Made by a program: the position numbers and the translations under genes. A stretch of 51,322 nt of DNA from Bacteroidales bacterium. Its GTDB lineage: Bacteria; Bacteroidota; Bacteroidia; Bacteroidales; CAIWKO01. Position 1 is the first letter of the stretch; every line of letters begins with the position of its first letter. Positions 30,122 to 41,007 of the stretch are shown here, piece by piece. Below the pieces are notes generated by a model. The model saw only the letters and a list, made by a program, of their open reading frames with translations, made no database searches and was not told the origin of the DNA. The stretch covers positions 1 through 51,322 of the forward strand of contig DAOORA010000028.1 of assembly GCA_035389045.1 (NCBI GenBank). The letters are read 5' to 3'.

Positions 30122-31486
30122 TTGATGAAGAATTTTAAATATAAAACGATACTGTTTATTACGTTACTCTTATTAACGGTTACAGGCAGGTCGCAACCCG
30201 ATACCGGAAAAATACTGGTTGACGAAATTGCCGCCGTGGTTGGTGGCAATACCATCCTGTATTCAGATATTGAAAACGAGTATCTCCAGTCTCTGTTGCA
30301 GGGGGTTACCGTAGGCTCAGGTCTGAAATGCCAGATACTTGAGGAAATGATGTTCCAGAAATTGCTGCTTACACAGGCCGAACTTGACAGTGTCACCGTC
30401 ACGGACAAGCAGGTGGATAGCGAACTGGAACGAAGGATGAGGTATTTTATCAGCCAGGTAGGCTCTAAAGAAAAACTTGAGGAGTATTTCAGCAAAACCA
30501 TCCTTGAGATAAAAGAGGATATGCGTGACAAAATCCATGAATATCTACTGATACAGAATGTTCAGTCAAAATTGACTCAGGATGTGAAGATCACTCCTTC
30601 CGAAGTTACGGATTTCTTCCATAGTATACCTTCGGACAGCTTGCCGCTTATCGGTTCACAGATTGAAGTAGCCCAGATCGTTAAAAAGCCGTTGGTCAGT
30701 GAGGCTGAGGTTGAAATCGTTAAAGACAAACTAAACAACATTAAGGAAAGGGTGAAACAAGGTGAGGACTTTGCTGTGCTGGCCAGCCTGTATTCTGAGG
30801 ACCCTGGTTCCTTTACCAAAGGTGGTGAGCTTGGCTTTGTGGGCAGGGGAGAGCTATACCCCGAATTTGAAGCCGCTGCATTTTCCCTCAAGCCGGGTGA
30901 AATTTCACCGGTTGTAAAGACACAAAAAGGTTATCATATTATTCAAATGATCGAAAGACGGGGGGAAAACATCAACGTAAGACATGTACTGTTAATCCCG
31001 AAAGCTTCCCAGGCAGACATGATAAAATCCAAAAAGGAAATTGATAATATTGCTGCATTGATAAATATGGATTCTCTGAGTTTTGAAAGGGCTGCAGCGC
31101 GATATTCCGATGATCCTTCACGGGTAAACGGTGGTATGCTGATCAACTCATATACCGGTGATGCCAAGTTTTCCCCGGAAGAAATGGATCCGAATGTGTT
31201 TTTTATCATTGAGAAAATGAAAGTCGGTGAAATTTCAGCACCCATGGTTTATACCAACGATGATGGACAGCAGGCCTACCGGATGCTGATGCTGAAATCA
31301 CGCACCGAACCCCATAAAGCCAATCTTAAAGATGATTACCCGCAGATTCAGAACCTTGCACTGCAGTTAAAACAAAACCAGGTTATAGGTAAATGGGTGG
31401 TAGATAAATGCAATAGTACGTTTATTAAAATCTCGGATAATTTTAAAGACTGTCAATTCAAATACGAGTGGATTCGTAACAAATAA
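30122..31486 (+). CDS. surA: SurA-family chaperone/peptidylprolyl isomerase
   Basis: VDEIAAVVG N-domain; two parvulin domains (YSEDPGS...GGELG...GYHIIQ; RHVLL...YSDD). Start may be ATG 30125. Confidence 0.85.
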   Translation: MMKNFKYKTILFITLLLLTVTGRSQPDTGKILVDEIAAVVGGNTILYSDIENEYLQSLLQGVTVGSGLKCQILEEMMFQKLLLTQAELDSVTVTDKQVDSELERRMRYFISQVGSKEKLEEYFSKTILEIKEDMRDKIHEYLLIQNVQSKLTQDVKITPSEVTDFFHSIPSDSLPLIGSQIEVAQIVKKPLVSEAEVEIVKDKLNNIKERVKQGEDFAVLASLYSEDPGSFTKGGELGFVGRGELYPEFEAAAFSLKPGEISPVVKTQKGYHIIQMIERRGENINVRHVLLIPKASQADMIKSKKEIDNIAALINMDSLSFERAAARYSDDPSRVNGGMLINSYTGDAKFSPEEMDPNVFFIIEKMKVGEISAPMVYTNDDGQQAYRMLMLKSRTEPHKANLKDDYPQIQNLALQLKQNQVIGKWVVDKCNSTFIKISDNFKDCQFKYEWIRNK

Positions 31487-31502
31487 TAAAATAAAAACCA
31501 AC

Positions 31503-32468
31503 ATGCAATTCAAATCTGATGTAGAAGCCCTGGAAGCGCTGGTAGAAAAGTATAAAAAAGTAAAGTCCGAAACCGCCAAAGTCATTATTGGGCAGGATGA
31601 GGTTGTCAGAAACATCATTATTTCCATTTTCAGTAACGGACATGCTTTGCTGATCGGGGTGCCCGGACTTGCCAAAACACTTATGATCAATACGATAGCA
31701 AAATCTCTTGGCTTGATATATTCGAGGATACAGTTTACCCCTGACCTGATGCCTTCCGACATCATTGGCTCCGAAATTCTTGATGAAGAGCGTAAATTCA
31801 GGTTTATCAAAGGCCCTGTTTTTGCCAATATTATCCTTGCCGATGAGATCAACCGTACACCCCCGAAAACCCAATCGGCACTGCTCGAAGCCATGCAGGA
31901 AAAAGCCGTGACCGTGGCAGGAAAAAACTTTAAGTTGGAAGAGCCTTTCTTTGTGTTGGCCACTCAAAACCCAATAGAACAGGAAGGAACATATCCTTTG
32001 CCGGAAGCGCAGCTCGACAGGTTCATGTTCAATATCTGGCTTGATTATCCTGATTTTGACCAGGAGGTCAATATTGTGAAAACCACTACAACAAATTACA
32101 ATCCCCGGGTTGACGTGGTACTCACTGCAGAAGAAATCCTGGAATACCAGACCGTCATAAGGAAAATTCCGGTGCCGGACAATGTTTATAAATATGCGAT
32201 AAACCTTGCTTCGATCACCCGTCCCGGAACATCTGTTGCACACAAATGGGCTAACGATTTTATCTCCTGGGGCGCCGGTCCGCGTGCATCGCAGTACCTG
32301 ATCATTGGCGCTAAATGCAGTGCGGCCATCAACGGAAAATTCTCACCCGATATTGAAGACGTCAGGCATGTGGCTCCGCTGGTGCTCAGACACCGCATTG
32401 TGAAAAACTATAAAGCCGAAGCGGAAGGTATTTCAGTGGACACTATTGTCAGCGAATTGATGAAATAA
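31503..32468 (+). CDS. MoxR family AAA+ ATPase
   Basis: GVPGLAKT, RIQFTPDLMPSD, LADEINR and ATQNPIEQEGTYPLPEAQLDRF motifs. Confidence 0.95.
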   Translation: MQFKSDVEALEALVEKYKKVKSETAKVIIGQDEVVRNIIISIFSNGHALLIGVPGLAKTLMINTIAKSLGLIYSRIQFTPDLMPSDIIGSEILDEERKFRFIKGPVFANIILADEINRTPPKTQSALLEAMQEKAVTVAGKNFKLEEPFFVLATQNPIEQEGTYPLPEAQLDRFMFNIWLDYPDFDQEVNIVKTTTTNYNPRVDVVLTAEEILEYQTVIRKIPVPDNVYKYAINLASITRPGTSVAHKWANDFISWGAGPRASQYLIIGAKCSAAINGKFSPDIEDVRHVAPLVLRHRIVKNYKAEAEGISVDTIVSELMK

Positions 32469-32503
32469 ATAATTCAGGAATAGCGGTTAGTAATACAATA
32501 TTT

Positions 32504-33667
32504 ATGAGGTTTTCGGAGATCATCGGACAAGTACCTGTAAAAAACTACCTCGTCAATACCGTGAAAAACAGCAGGGTGAGCCATGCCCAATTGTTCCTGG
32601 GAGCCGAGGGGTGCGGAAAACTAGCCCTCGCCATTGCCTATGCGCAATTTATTTGTTGTACCAATAAACAATACTATGATGCGGGCGGACCGCTGGCCGG
32701 TGATTCATGCGGCGTATGCCCATCCTGCCTGAAATATGCCAAACTGATCCATCCCGATATCCACTTTTTTTATCCGGTAACCACTACAAAGGATGTAAAA
32801 ACCAAGCCGCAAAGTATTGAATTTGTTCAGACCTGGCGTGATTTTCTGATCAGGAACGATTTTATCATATCCCTTAACGACTGGTATGATGCTATCGGTG
32901 TTGAAAACAAGCAGGGGATTATCAATGCCGAGGATTGCAACGAAATAATCAGAAAACTAAGCCTGAAATCATACGAGTCTGAGTACAAGATAATTATCAT
33001 GTGGATGGTTGAGAAACTATATCCCCTGGCGGCCCCTAAAATATTGAAGATACTTGAAGAACCACCTGAGAAAACCCTGTTCATTTTAATTGCTGAAAAT
33101 CACGAACAGATCATCAGTACTATTCTTTCCAGGACACAGATGGTTAAAATTCCACGGCTTGGCAATAAAGATATCAGCAATGCGCTGATTAATAAATATA
33201 ACGCCACCGAGATCGATGCACGCAAAATAGCTAATGTTGCCGATGGTAATCTTGTTTTTGCGAAAAGCCTCCTGCATGAAGTTGAGGAGGATGGCTATTA
33301 TTTCAGTCAGCTTCAGAAATGGCTGAGGCTTTGCTACCGGTTTAACAGCGATGATGTATTTGAGCTGAGTAAATTTATTGATGAAATGTCAAAGATCGGA
33401 CGTGAAAACCAAAAGATTTTTTTTATTTATGCCCTGAAGATCATTCGCAATACTTCTCTTATAAATCATGGGAATGAAAAACTTATGAAACTGGTGGAGG
33501 ATGAATCGGAGTTTGTGAAAAAATTTTCCGCAGTACTCACCGCCGAGCGTATTCCCGGTTTTGCGGATGAATTTAACAAAGCTGTATATCACATCGAACG
33601 CAACGCCAATCCCAAAGTATTGTTTATGGACTTGTCTTTGAGGCTGAATCAAATTATGCATTCTTAA
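32504..33667 (+). CDS. holB: DNA polymerase III subunit delta'
   Basis: HAQLFLG, SCGVCPSC, HPD, LKILEEPP and TILSR motifs. Confidence 0.92.
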   Translation: MRFSEIIGQVPVKNYLVNTVKNSRVSHAQLFLGAEGCGKLALAIAYAQFICCTNKQYYDAGGPLAGDSCGVCPSCLKYAKLIHPDIHFFYPVTTTKDVKTKPQSIEFVQTWRDFLIRNDFIISLNDWYDAIGVENKQGIINAEDCNEIIRKLSLKSYESEYKIIIMWMVEKLYPLAAPKILKILEEPPEKTLFILIAENHEQIISTILSRTQMVKIPRLGNKDISNALINKYNATEIDARKIANVADGNLVFAKSLLHEVEEDGYYFSQLQKWLRLCYRFNSDDVFELSKFIDEMSKIGRENQKIFFIYALKIIRNTSLINHGNEKLMKLVEDESEFVKKFSAVLTAERIPGFADEFNKAVYHIERNANPKVLFMDLSLRLNQIMHS

Positions 33668-33693
33668 TTTTCCAGAATATCTCTGAATTTGTA

Positions 33694-33701
33694 TACTTTT
33701 G
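33694..33701 (+). promoter_or_regulatory. -7 promoter element (TACTTTTG) for ricT-gldH-PBP1A
   Basis: TAnnTTTG match 17 nt before ATG 33719. Confidence 0.55.
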
Positions 33702-33718
33702 TAGTAAGAAGATATGCC

Positions 33719-34816
33719 ATGGCAAAAGATAAAGAAAAAAACGAATTTCATACACGAGGTTGCGCTTATAAACCCAAAGCCCATCAGAAGAACGATAATT
33801 TGTACAGCCCTTCCTGTTGTAAGCGCAATGCGTATGACTGGCTGCAAAACATTAACCCGCCCAAAATATACCCTTCTTTCCCATATGCCGAAGTGCGGTT
33901 TAAGAACAGCCGTAAGGATTTCTTTCTGATCACCGATAAGACGGAATATGCCGTTGGGGATATTGTCGCCGTGGAATCCTCTCCCGGTCATGATTTGGGT
34001 ATCATTACCTTATTGGGAGAAGCTGCCCGTCTGCAGATGAAGAAAAAACGGGTCAATTTTGAAACGCGTGATATAAAAAAAATATACCGGAGGGCCAGAC
34101 CTTCGGATGTGGAGAAATGGATAAGCGTGGTAACGCCAGAAACCGATACCCTGCACAAAACTAAAAAGATCACCAGCAATCTTAGGCTGTCGATGAAGGT
34201 GAATGATGTTGAATATCAGGGTGATGGAACCAAGGCGACTTTTTATTACACGGCAGAAGAACGTGTTGATTTCAGGGAGCTTATTAAAGTTCTTGCCGAA
34301 CAGTTCAGTGTACGTGTCGAAATGCGGCAGATCGGCGTGCGCCAGGAAGCCAGTACCCTGGGCGGTATCGGTACCTGTGGCCGTGAGCTTTGCTGTTCAA
34401 GCTGGTTGTTCGATTTTAAATCGGTTTCAACCAATACGGCAAGGGTACAGCAGATGTCTATCAACCCTCAGAAACTCGCCGGCCAGTGTTCAAAGCTGAA
34501 ATGTTGCCTTAATTATGAATACGATTGTTATGTGGATGCCCTCAAGAGTTTTCCAAACACCGATGTCCTGATAAAAACCAAAAAAGGAGCGGCTCATTGT
34601 CAGAAAATCGACGTGATAAAAAGGATTGTCTGGTATTCTTATGTGGATGACCCTTCGAATATTCTGGCCATACCCGTCGATGTAGTAAAAAAGATCATCA
34701 GCGACAATGCTAAAGGTGTGGTGCCGGAGAAACTGGAAGATTTTGCCCAGAAAAAAGAAAAGAAAATTGAATTTGAACATTTTGAGGAAGATCTCTCAAA
34801 ATATGCCGATGACTAA
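33719..34816 (+). CDS. ricT: PSP1/RicT (YaaT) family protein
   Basis: RVDFRELIK, RQIGVRQEA, GTCGRELCC and GQCSKLKCCL motifs; start at MAKDKE. Confidence 0.9.
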   Translation: MAKDKEKNEFHTRGCAYKPKAHQKNDNLYSPSCCKRNAYDWLQNINPPKIYPSFPYAEVRFKNSRKDFFLITDKTEYAVGDIVAVESSPGHDLGIITLLGEAARLQMKKKRVNFETRDIKKIYRRARPSDVEKWISVVTPETDTLHKTKKITSNLRLSMKVNDVEYQGDGTKATFYYTAEERVDFRELIKVLAEQFSVRVEMRQIGVRQEASTLGGIGTCGRELCCSSWLFDFKSVSTNTARVQQMSINPQKLAGQCSKLKCCLNYEYDCYVDALKSFPNTDVLIKTKKGAAHCQKIDVIKRIVWYSYVDDPSNILAIPVDVVKKIISDNAKGVVPEKLEDFAQKKEKKIEFEHFEEDLSKYADD

Positions 34817-34817
34817 A

Positions 34818-35297
34818 ATGAAAATTAAACATCTTACGGTTTTGTTTTTTCTTTTCTTGCTGATTTTCAACTCGTGCGGTCCGGGAGTACTGGTCGACAG
34901 AAATAAAAAAATTGAAAATGCGGTATGGAAAAGCGCTGATATCATTAAGTTTTCGGTGAGTATCCCGGATACATTACAACTTTACAATATTTACATAAAT
35001 ATCAGAAATTCAACGGATTATAAATACAGTAACATTTTTTTGTTTCTAAAGACTTTTTATCCGAACAGAATGTATTCCATTGACACCATTGAGTGTTTGC
35101 TGGCTGATGATTCGGGTAAATGGCTGGGTAAGGAACGTGGTAAAATGGTGGATAACCGTATATTGTTCCGGAGAGGCATACGGTTTAAGTTATCAGGAAA
35201 TTATTCTTTTGAGTTTGAACAGGCTATGCGTGATACCGATCTGAATGGAATTGAAGATTTCGGAATACGGATAGAAAAATCTGAAGCAGAAAAATAA
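34818..35297 (+). CDS. gldH: Gliding motility lipoprotein GldH
   Basis: Lipobox FNS-C; IRNSTDYKYSNIFL, DTIECLLADDSGKWLG and EQAMR motifs; follows ricT. Start may be 34809. Confidence 0.88.
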   Translation: MKIKHLTVLFFLFLLIFNSCGPGVLVDRNKKIENAVWKSADIIKFSVSIPDTLQLYNIYINIRNSTDYKYSNIFLFLKTFYPNRMYSIDTIECLLADDSGKWLGKERGKMVDNRILFRRGIRFKLSGNYSFEFEQAMRDTDLNGIEDFGIRIEKSEAEK

Positions 35298-35298
35298 T

Positions 35299-37641
35299 AT
35301 GGCCAAAAAAGCTACCAATAACGAATTTCATAACTATTTGAAAAAGCTGTGGTTAATATACTTAGGCGCCATTGGGCTTGTGTTGATTTTGTTCACCTGT
35401 ATTTCTCTGGGTGTTTTCGGTTTCATGCCTACCTTCGAAGAACTCGAAAACCCGCGCAGCAACCTTGCTTCGGAGATATATTCGTCCGATCAGGTGCTTT
35501 TGGGAAAGTATTATATTGAAAACCGTTCCAATGTTCATTTTGAAGATCTTTCCCCTAATGTGGTGAATGCACTGGTAGCAACAGAAGATGCCCGTTTTAC
35601 GGATCATTCCGGTATTGATGCCCGCAGTCTTTTTCGTGTAATGCTGGGTGTATTTACCCGGGACCGCGGGGCCGGTGGTGGCAGCACCATCACACAGCAG
35701 CTTGCCAAGAACCTTTTTCCGCGCGAAACCAATCAGAATTTTCTGAAAGTGGTGATCACGAAATTTAAAGAGTGGATAACTGCGGTCAAACTGGAACGCA
35801 ATTATACCAAGCAGGAGATTATTGCGATGTACCTGAATACCGTTGACTTTGGAAACCAATCCTTTGGTATTAAATCTGCCGCACGCACCTATTTCAACAA
35901 GACTCCCGACTCACTTAATATACAGGAGTCCGCTACGCTGATCGGTTTATTAAAAGCGCCTACCCGTTACAGCCCGCTGCGTAATCCCGAAAATGCTATG
36001 AAACGCAGGGAGGTAGTTTTGAAGCAAATGGTAATCAACGGATTTATCAGCCAGGTCCAGTACGATTCCATTCGTGTTTTACCTATTGACATGTCGCATT
36101 TTAACATACAGGATCACAATGCCGGTCTGGCGACTTATTTCAGGGAATATCTTAAGACATTGCTGACAAAGAAAAAACCTGTTGAAGAAAACTATGTCAA
36201 TAAAAAGATATATCAGGAGGACCTCGACCAATGGGAAAATAACCCTATATACGGATGGTGTAATAAAAATCTGAAGTCGGATGGCACGCCGTACAATATT
36301 TTTAAGGACGGGTTGCGTATTTATACTACCATTAACTCCAAAATGCAACGCTACGCCGAAGAAGCTGTTTGTGAGCACCTTGGCAAAGAACTGCAGAAAG
36401 ACTTTTACAAGCATTGGAAAGGTGTTAAAAGAGCTCCTTACGACTGGCGGGTCACCGATGAACAGATCAATAAAATGATCATGCAGGGCGTCTACCGTTC
36501 TGAACGGTATCAGTCTCTGAAAAACGAGAATGTCCCTGATGAAATGATCATGAAAATCTTAAATACCCCGGTGAGAATGAGGGTTTTTGCCTGGGAAGGC
36601 GATAAGGATACCGTGATGTCTCCGCTCGATTCGGTGAAATATTATAAATGGTTTTTACTGGCAGGATTGATGTCGATGGAGCCTCAAACAGGTTATGTGA
36701 GGGCTTATGTAGGGGGTATTAATTATAAGCATTTTCAGTTTGACCATGTCTGTCTGGCTAAACGCCAGGTGGGATCTACTTTTAAGCCTTTTGTGTATAC
36801 GGTGGCTATGCAGGAAGGTGAATTTTCTCCCTGCACCAAGGTACCCAATGTGCCAATAACTTTCGATCTTCCCAACGGCCAGGTGTGGGAACCCAAAAAT
36901 TCAGGCGATTACCGGGAAGGAGAGATGATTACCCTGAAAGAAGCGCTGGCCAACTCGGTAAACTGGATATCTGCGTTCCTGATAAAAAGATATTCTCCCG
37001 GTCCTGTAGTAAAAGTAGCACGTAAAATGGGCATTAAAAGCGAAATTCCTGAAGTTTACGCCATTTGCCTCGGTACCCCCGACCTGTCCCTTTATGAAAT
37101 GGTGGGAGCAATTAATTCATTTCCCAACAAAGGGGTTTATATTGAGCCGGTCTTTGTAACCCGCATCGAAGATAAATATGGCAATACCCTTGCCTCCTTT
37201 GTCCCTAAAACCCAGGAAGCCATGAGCGAGGAAACCGCGTACCTCATGACCAGTCTTATGCAGGGCGTTGTTGAGGGTGGTACAGGGGCACGTTTACGGG
37301 GAAAATATCAGTTTTCCAACCAGATAGCTGGTAAGACAGGCACTACCGATAACAACTCGGATGGTTGGTTTATGGGTTTTGTACCCAACCTTACCACCGG
37401 TATATGGGTGGGATGTGAAGACCGCAGCATACATTTCCGCAGCACATCCCTGGGCCAGGGTGCCAATATGTCACTGCCTATATGGGCCTTATACATGAAA
37501 AAAGTGTATGCTGACAAATCGTTAAATATCCGTCCTTCCGACCACTTTACCAAACCCTCAAGGGAACTTTCCGTTGAAATTGATTGTCAGAAATATAATC
37601 AGCAAAATCACCCAATCAATTTTGACAATAAAAACTTTTGA
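35299..37641 (+). CDS. Class A penicillin-binding protein 1A
   Basis: ATEDARF, GGSTITQQLAKN, RQVGSTFKP (SxxK), SVN and KTGT motifs. Confidence 0.95.
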   Translation: MAKKATNNEFHNYLKKLWLIYLGAIGLVLILFTCISLGVFGFMPTFEELENPRSNLASEIYSSDQVLLGKYYIENRSNVHFEDLSPNVVNALVATEDARFTDHSGIDARSLFRVMLGVFTRDRGAGGGSTITQQLAKNLFPRETNQNFLKVVITKFKEWITAVKLERNYTKQEIIAMYLNTVDFGNQSFGIKSAARTYFNKTPDSLNIQESATLIGLLKAPTRYSPLRNPENAMKRREVVLKQMVINGFISQVQYDSIRVLPIDMSHFNIQDHNAGLATYFREYLKTLLTKKKPVEENYVNKKIYQEDLDQWENNPIYGWCNKNLKSDGTPYNIFKDGLRIYTTINSKMQRYAEEAVCEHLGKELQKDFYKHWKGVKRAPYDWRVTDEQINKMIMQGVYRSERYQSLKNENVPDEMIMKILNTPVRMRVFAWEGDKDTVMSPLDSVKYYKWFLLAGLMSMEPQTGYVRAYVGGINYKHFQFDHVCLAKRQVGSTFKPFVYTVAMQEGEFSPCTKVPNVPITFDLPNGQVWEPKNSGDYREGEMITLKEALANSVNWISAFLIKRYSPGPVVKVARKMGIKSEIPEVYAICLGTPDLSLYEMVGAINSFPNKGVYIEPVFVTRIEDKYGNTLASFVPKTQEAMSEETAYLMTSLMQGVVEGGTGARLRGKYQFSNQIAGKTGTTDNNSDGWFMGFVPNLTTGIWVGCEDRSIHFRSTSLGQGANMSLPIWALYMKKVYADKSLNIRPSDHFTKPSRELSVEIDCQKYNQQNHPINFDNKNF

Positions 37642-37702
37642 TCTTGTAAACCTTTTGTTAATAAAACATTTGCCAGGATTGAAATGATTGCCTGCAAAAC
37701 AA

Positions 37703-37710
37703 TATCTTTG
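37703..37710 (+). promoter_or_regulatory. -7 promoter element (TATCTTTG) for purF
   Basis: TAnnTTTG match 16 nt before ATG 37727. Confidence 0.55.
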
Positions 37711-37726
37711 CGAAAAAACAAACTGT

Positions 37727-39649
37727 ATGAGTGAGCCGATAAAACACGAATGCGGTATTGCCTTTATCCGGTTATTACAACCTCTCGAATACTACCAGTT
37801 TAAATATGGCACCACACAATACGGGCTGAACAAGTTGATGCTGATGATGGAAAAACAGCATAACAGAGGTCAGGACGGAGCAGGGGTTGTGTGTATCAAA
37901 CTGGATCTCGAACCGGGTATGCGTTTTATCAACCGTATACGCTCAAATTCTTCCAGCCCGATCACGGATATTTTTACCAAGGTATATTCTGACCTGAAAA
38001 CCATAAAGAATAATAAGCCAGCTTTGTCCAATGATGTTAACTGGCTGAAACATAGTTCGGAATTTATCGGGGAAATGTACCTCGGTCATCTGCGGTACGG
38101 GACTTTTGGAAAAAACAGCATCGAAACATGTCATCCCTTTATTCGTGAGAATAACTGGGAAACGAAAAATATTGTACTGGCCGGAAATTTTAACCTGACC
38201 AATGTTGATGAACTTTTCAGTAAACTGATCAGTCTTGGGCAACATCCTGTTGAAACTACCGACACGGTTACCATTCTTGAAAAGATCGGACATTTTCTTG
38301 ATCAGGAAAACGAAGAATTGTATCAAAGCTATAAACTTCAGGGTGTTAATAAAAAGGATGTTTCTGCACTGATTGCCAAAAACCTTAATGTGATCAGAAT
38401 GCTCACCCGTGCTGCAAAAGATTGGGACGGTGGTTATGTGCTGGCCGGTATGATAGGCCATGGCGATGCGTTTATCATGCGGGATCCTTCGGGTATCCGG
38501 CCTGCTTATTATTATGCCGATGATGAGGTGGTGGTGGCGGCTTCAGAACGCCCGGTAATCATGACTTCTTTTGATGTGCCTATCGAAAAGATAAGAGAAA
38601 TAGACCCCGGCAAAGCGCTGATCGTAAAAAAGGACGGTACGTTTTTTTCCGAATCTTTTATCAAACCCGGACACAAAAAATCCTGTTCATTTGAACGTAT
38701 CTATTTTTCCAGGGGAACAGACAAGGATATCTACCTTGAACGTAAAAAACTTGGCAGTTTCCTGGTGCCGTCTATCCTGAAAGCTGTTGATTATGATATA
38801 GAGAACACTGTGTTCTCCTATATTCCAAATACGGCATCCGTAGCGTATTACGGCATGGTGGAAGCGCTGGAAAAATTTTGCGACGGGGTGAAAAAAGACA
38901 GAATACTCCAGGCAGGGAAACATATTACCGATAAGGAACTGCAAAAGATCCTTGACTTTCATCCGCGTTTCGAAAAGGTGGCTGTAAAAGATATGAAACT
39001 CCGGACATTCATCACACAGGAAAAAGACCGCAATGACCTGGTTGCTCATGTTTATGATGTTTCGTACGGAATTATCCGTGATCATAAGGATACGATTGTT
39101 GTGGTTGACGATTCGATAGTCAGGGGGACGACCCTGCGCGAGAGTATCATCTGCATGCTCGACCGCCTGAATCCGAAAAGGATCATCATTGCCTCATCAG
39201 CGCCACAAATACGTTATCCCGATTGTTACGGTATCGACATGGCAAAGCTCAGTGATTTTATCGCTTTCAGAGCTGCCATAAAACTGCTGGAAGAAACCGG
39301 ACAGGAAGAAATAATCAGCAGGGTGTATAAAAAGTGTAAGGCACAGGAAAACCTTCCGAAAGAGAAAATGGTAAATTATGTGAAAGAAATATATGATCCG
39401 TTTACGGCAGATCGGGTTGCCGAAAAAATCACCCGGCTGTTGGTCCCTAAAGATATCAAAGCCGGCGTACAGATTATATTTCAGTCTATTGATGATCTTC
39501 ATGCTGCCTGTCCTGATCATACCGGTGACTGGTATTTTTCAGGAGATTATCCCACACCCGGAGGTAATAAAGTGGTCAACCGTTCATTTATCAATTATAT
39601 TGAAAAGCGCAATGAACGGGGTTACCAGGTAAAAATGCCGGGCGATTGA
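37727..39649 (+). CDS. purF: Amidophosphoribosyltransferase (long Bacteroidota type)
   Basis: MSEPIKHECG, QHNRGQDGAG, GHLRYGT, CSFERIYFSR, VDDSIVRGTT and PDCYGIDM motifs. Confidence 0.92.
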   Translation: MSEPIKHECGIAFIRLLQPLEYYQFKYGTTQYGLNKLMLMMEKQHNRGQDGAGVVCIKLDLEPGMRFINRIRSNSSSPITDIFTKVYSDLKTIKNNKPALSNDVNWLKHSSEFIGEMYLGHLRYGTFGKNSIETCHPFIRENNWETKNIVLAGNFNLTNVDELFSKLISLGQHPVETTDTVTILEKIGHFLDQENEELYQSYKLQGVNKKDVSALIAKNLNVIRMLTRAAKDWDGGYVLAGMIGHGDAFIMRDPSGIRPAYYYADDEVVVAASERPVIMTSFDVPIEKIREIDPGKALIVKKDGTFFSESFIKPGHKKSCSFERIYFSRGTDKDIYLERKKLGSFLVPSILKAVDYDIENTVFSYIPNTASVAYYGMVEALEKFCDGVKKDRILQAGKHITDKELQKILDFHPRFEKVAVKDMKLRTFITQEKDRNDLVAHVYDVSYGIIRDHKDTIVVVDDSIVRGTTLRESIICMLDRLNPKRIIIASSAPQIRYPDCYGIDMAKLSDFIAFRAAIKLLEETGQEEIISRVYKKCKAQENLPKEKMVNYVKEIYDPFTADRVAEKITRLLVPKDIKAGVQIIFQSIDDLHAACPDHTGDWYFSGDYPTPGGNKVVNRSFINYIEKRNERGYQVKMPGD

Positions 39650-39690
39650 AATGCCTTGACCAATGAGCAGTATTGTTGTTTAGGTCTGTA

Positions 39691-41007
39691 TTATTCGTTT
39701 TTATTAAACTGCTTTTCAAGAGGAGTTTCCTGTTCTAAGTCGCGATATACATCTTCTTTGTTGAAAAAACGGAAGGCCGGTAAAGGCTTATCCCATTGGC
39801 TTTCGTTGTAAGTATATGGCTTTATGGGCAGGGGAGTGTCCTTAAAAAATTTGCCGGAGAGACCGGTACTGATATAGTGTGAAATACTGTCGCAGTACCA
39901 CTCGAAAACCTCCGTGATGGTAAATTCCTTTTTCGTTGTGGATGAATTATTAAATTCATTGGTATAACTGTGACATAAACTTGTAAGAAACCATTTTCCT
40001 TTTTCCTGTTGATACTCCGCAACCAGATCCCCGTCAACGAATTCTTCGTAATAGCGTTTGGATGGCAATAAATAATTATTGTTCTTCGGATAATGATACC
40101 AGGGATTTCGGAATGCTTTTCTTTCGATTTTTTTAAAAGCAAAAGTTTCCCGGTCAATGGTTAGCATTCCTTCTTCCCGGCTTTCTCCCCGCCATCCAAC
40201 TTCTCTGAGGTTGCTCACCCCGTGCATCTCACTGGAGAATTCGTTGCAAACATATCTGATGTGGTAATCGTCCGTATTTTCTACAAGGGTGTCAAAACTG
40301 AATTTATAAAAACTGAATGCATTGGGGTTCAAAGAACTTTCGGTCAGGTGATATACCGGGTTCTGTCGAAGCATAGCTGAAAAATCATTATCATCATATT
40401 GCAGGTCGTCAATAACATAGCTATAGTTGCTTCTCCTCATTTGTTCAATAGCAAAACCGTAGTCCGAAGTAGGATTGTTTTTTACATTATTTGTAATAAA
40501 CGAGACAACTACCTGTGCTTCAATCAAGTTCATAAATTCACCATTGATTTTTTCGTATTGACGGTAAAACGAAAAGGCTGCAAAACTTGAATCGGTGTAG
40601 TTTGCGGGGATTTGTAAAACAGCTTTTTTTACGATTTCTTCGGCGTTAAGTCCTTCTACCTCAACAGGGTTAAGCAAAAGCGGCGTTTGTTCTACGTATA
40701 TTTTTTCTGTCCGGTTAAAAGCCGGTTTATGGACTATTGTTTCGTGAAATCCCAAAGTAGAGATTTCCAAATGCAACACCGTTTTGTCCGGAGGAATTTC
40801 GAATTTAAATTCACCATTATTATCCGTTTGTACATAGTCTCCGGTTTCGGCCAGTTTCACAATGGCAAAGGGTATAACCGTAGAATCCTGGCGGCTTAGC
40901 AGAATACCCCTGAAGAGGTTTTGCCCGGAGACAGAAACGGAAAGAATCGTCAGCAGCGCCGTCAGGATGGATTGCCTGCATAAACTCTTTACATGAACAC
41001 GCTTCAT
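39691..41007 (-). CDS. Secreted protein with an N-terminal carboxypeptidase-regulatory-like domain
   Basis: Signal peptide; IPFAIV...QTDNNGEF...ISTLGF pattern; FYRQY. Confidence 0.7.
   Translation of the reverse strand: MKRVHVKSLCRQSILTALLTILSVSVSGQNLFRGILLSRQDSTVIPFAIVKLAETGDYVQTDNNGEFKFEIPPDKTVLHLEISTLGFHETIVHKPAFNRTEKIYVEQTPLLLNPVEVEGLNAEEIVKKAVLQIPANYTDSSFAAFSFYRQYEKINGEFMNLIEAQVVVSFITNNVKNNPTSDYGFAIEQMRRSNYSYVIDDLQYDDNDFSAMLRQNPVYHLTESSLNPNAFSFYKFSFDTLVENTDDYHIRYVCNEFSSEMHGVSNLREVGWRGESREEGMLTIDRETFAFKKIERKAFRNPWYHYPKNNNYLLPSKRYYEEFVDGDLVAEYQQEKGKWFLTSLCHSYTNEFNNSSTTKKEFTITEVFEWYCDSISHYISTGLSGKFFKDTPLPIKPYTYNESQWDKPLPAFRFFNKEDVYRDLEQETPLEKQFNKNE

Noticed and set aside
31458..32243. 261-aa antisense ORF, and the many other short overlapping ORFs in the track
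   Set aside because: They are shadows of well-supported genes (MoxR, cysS, guaB and others) and carry no recognisable motifs.
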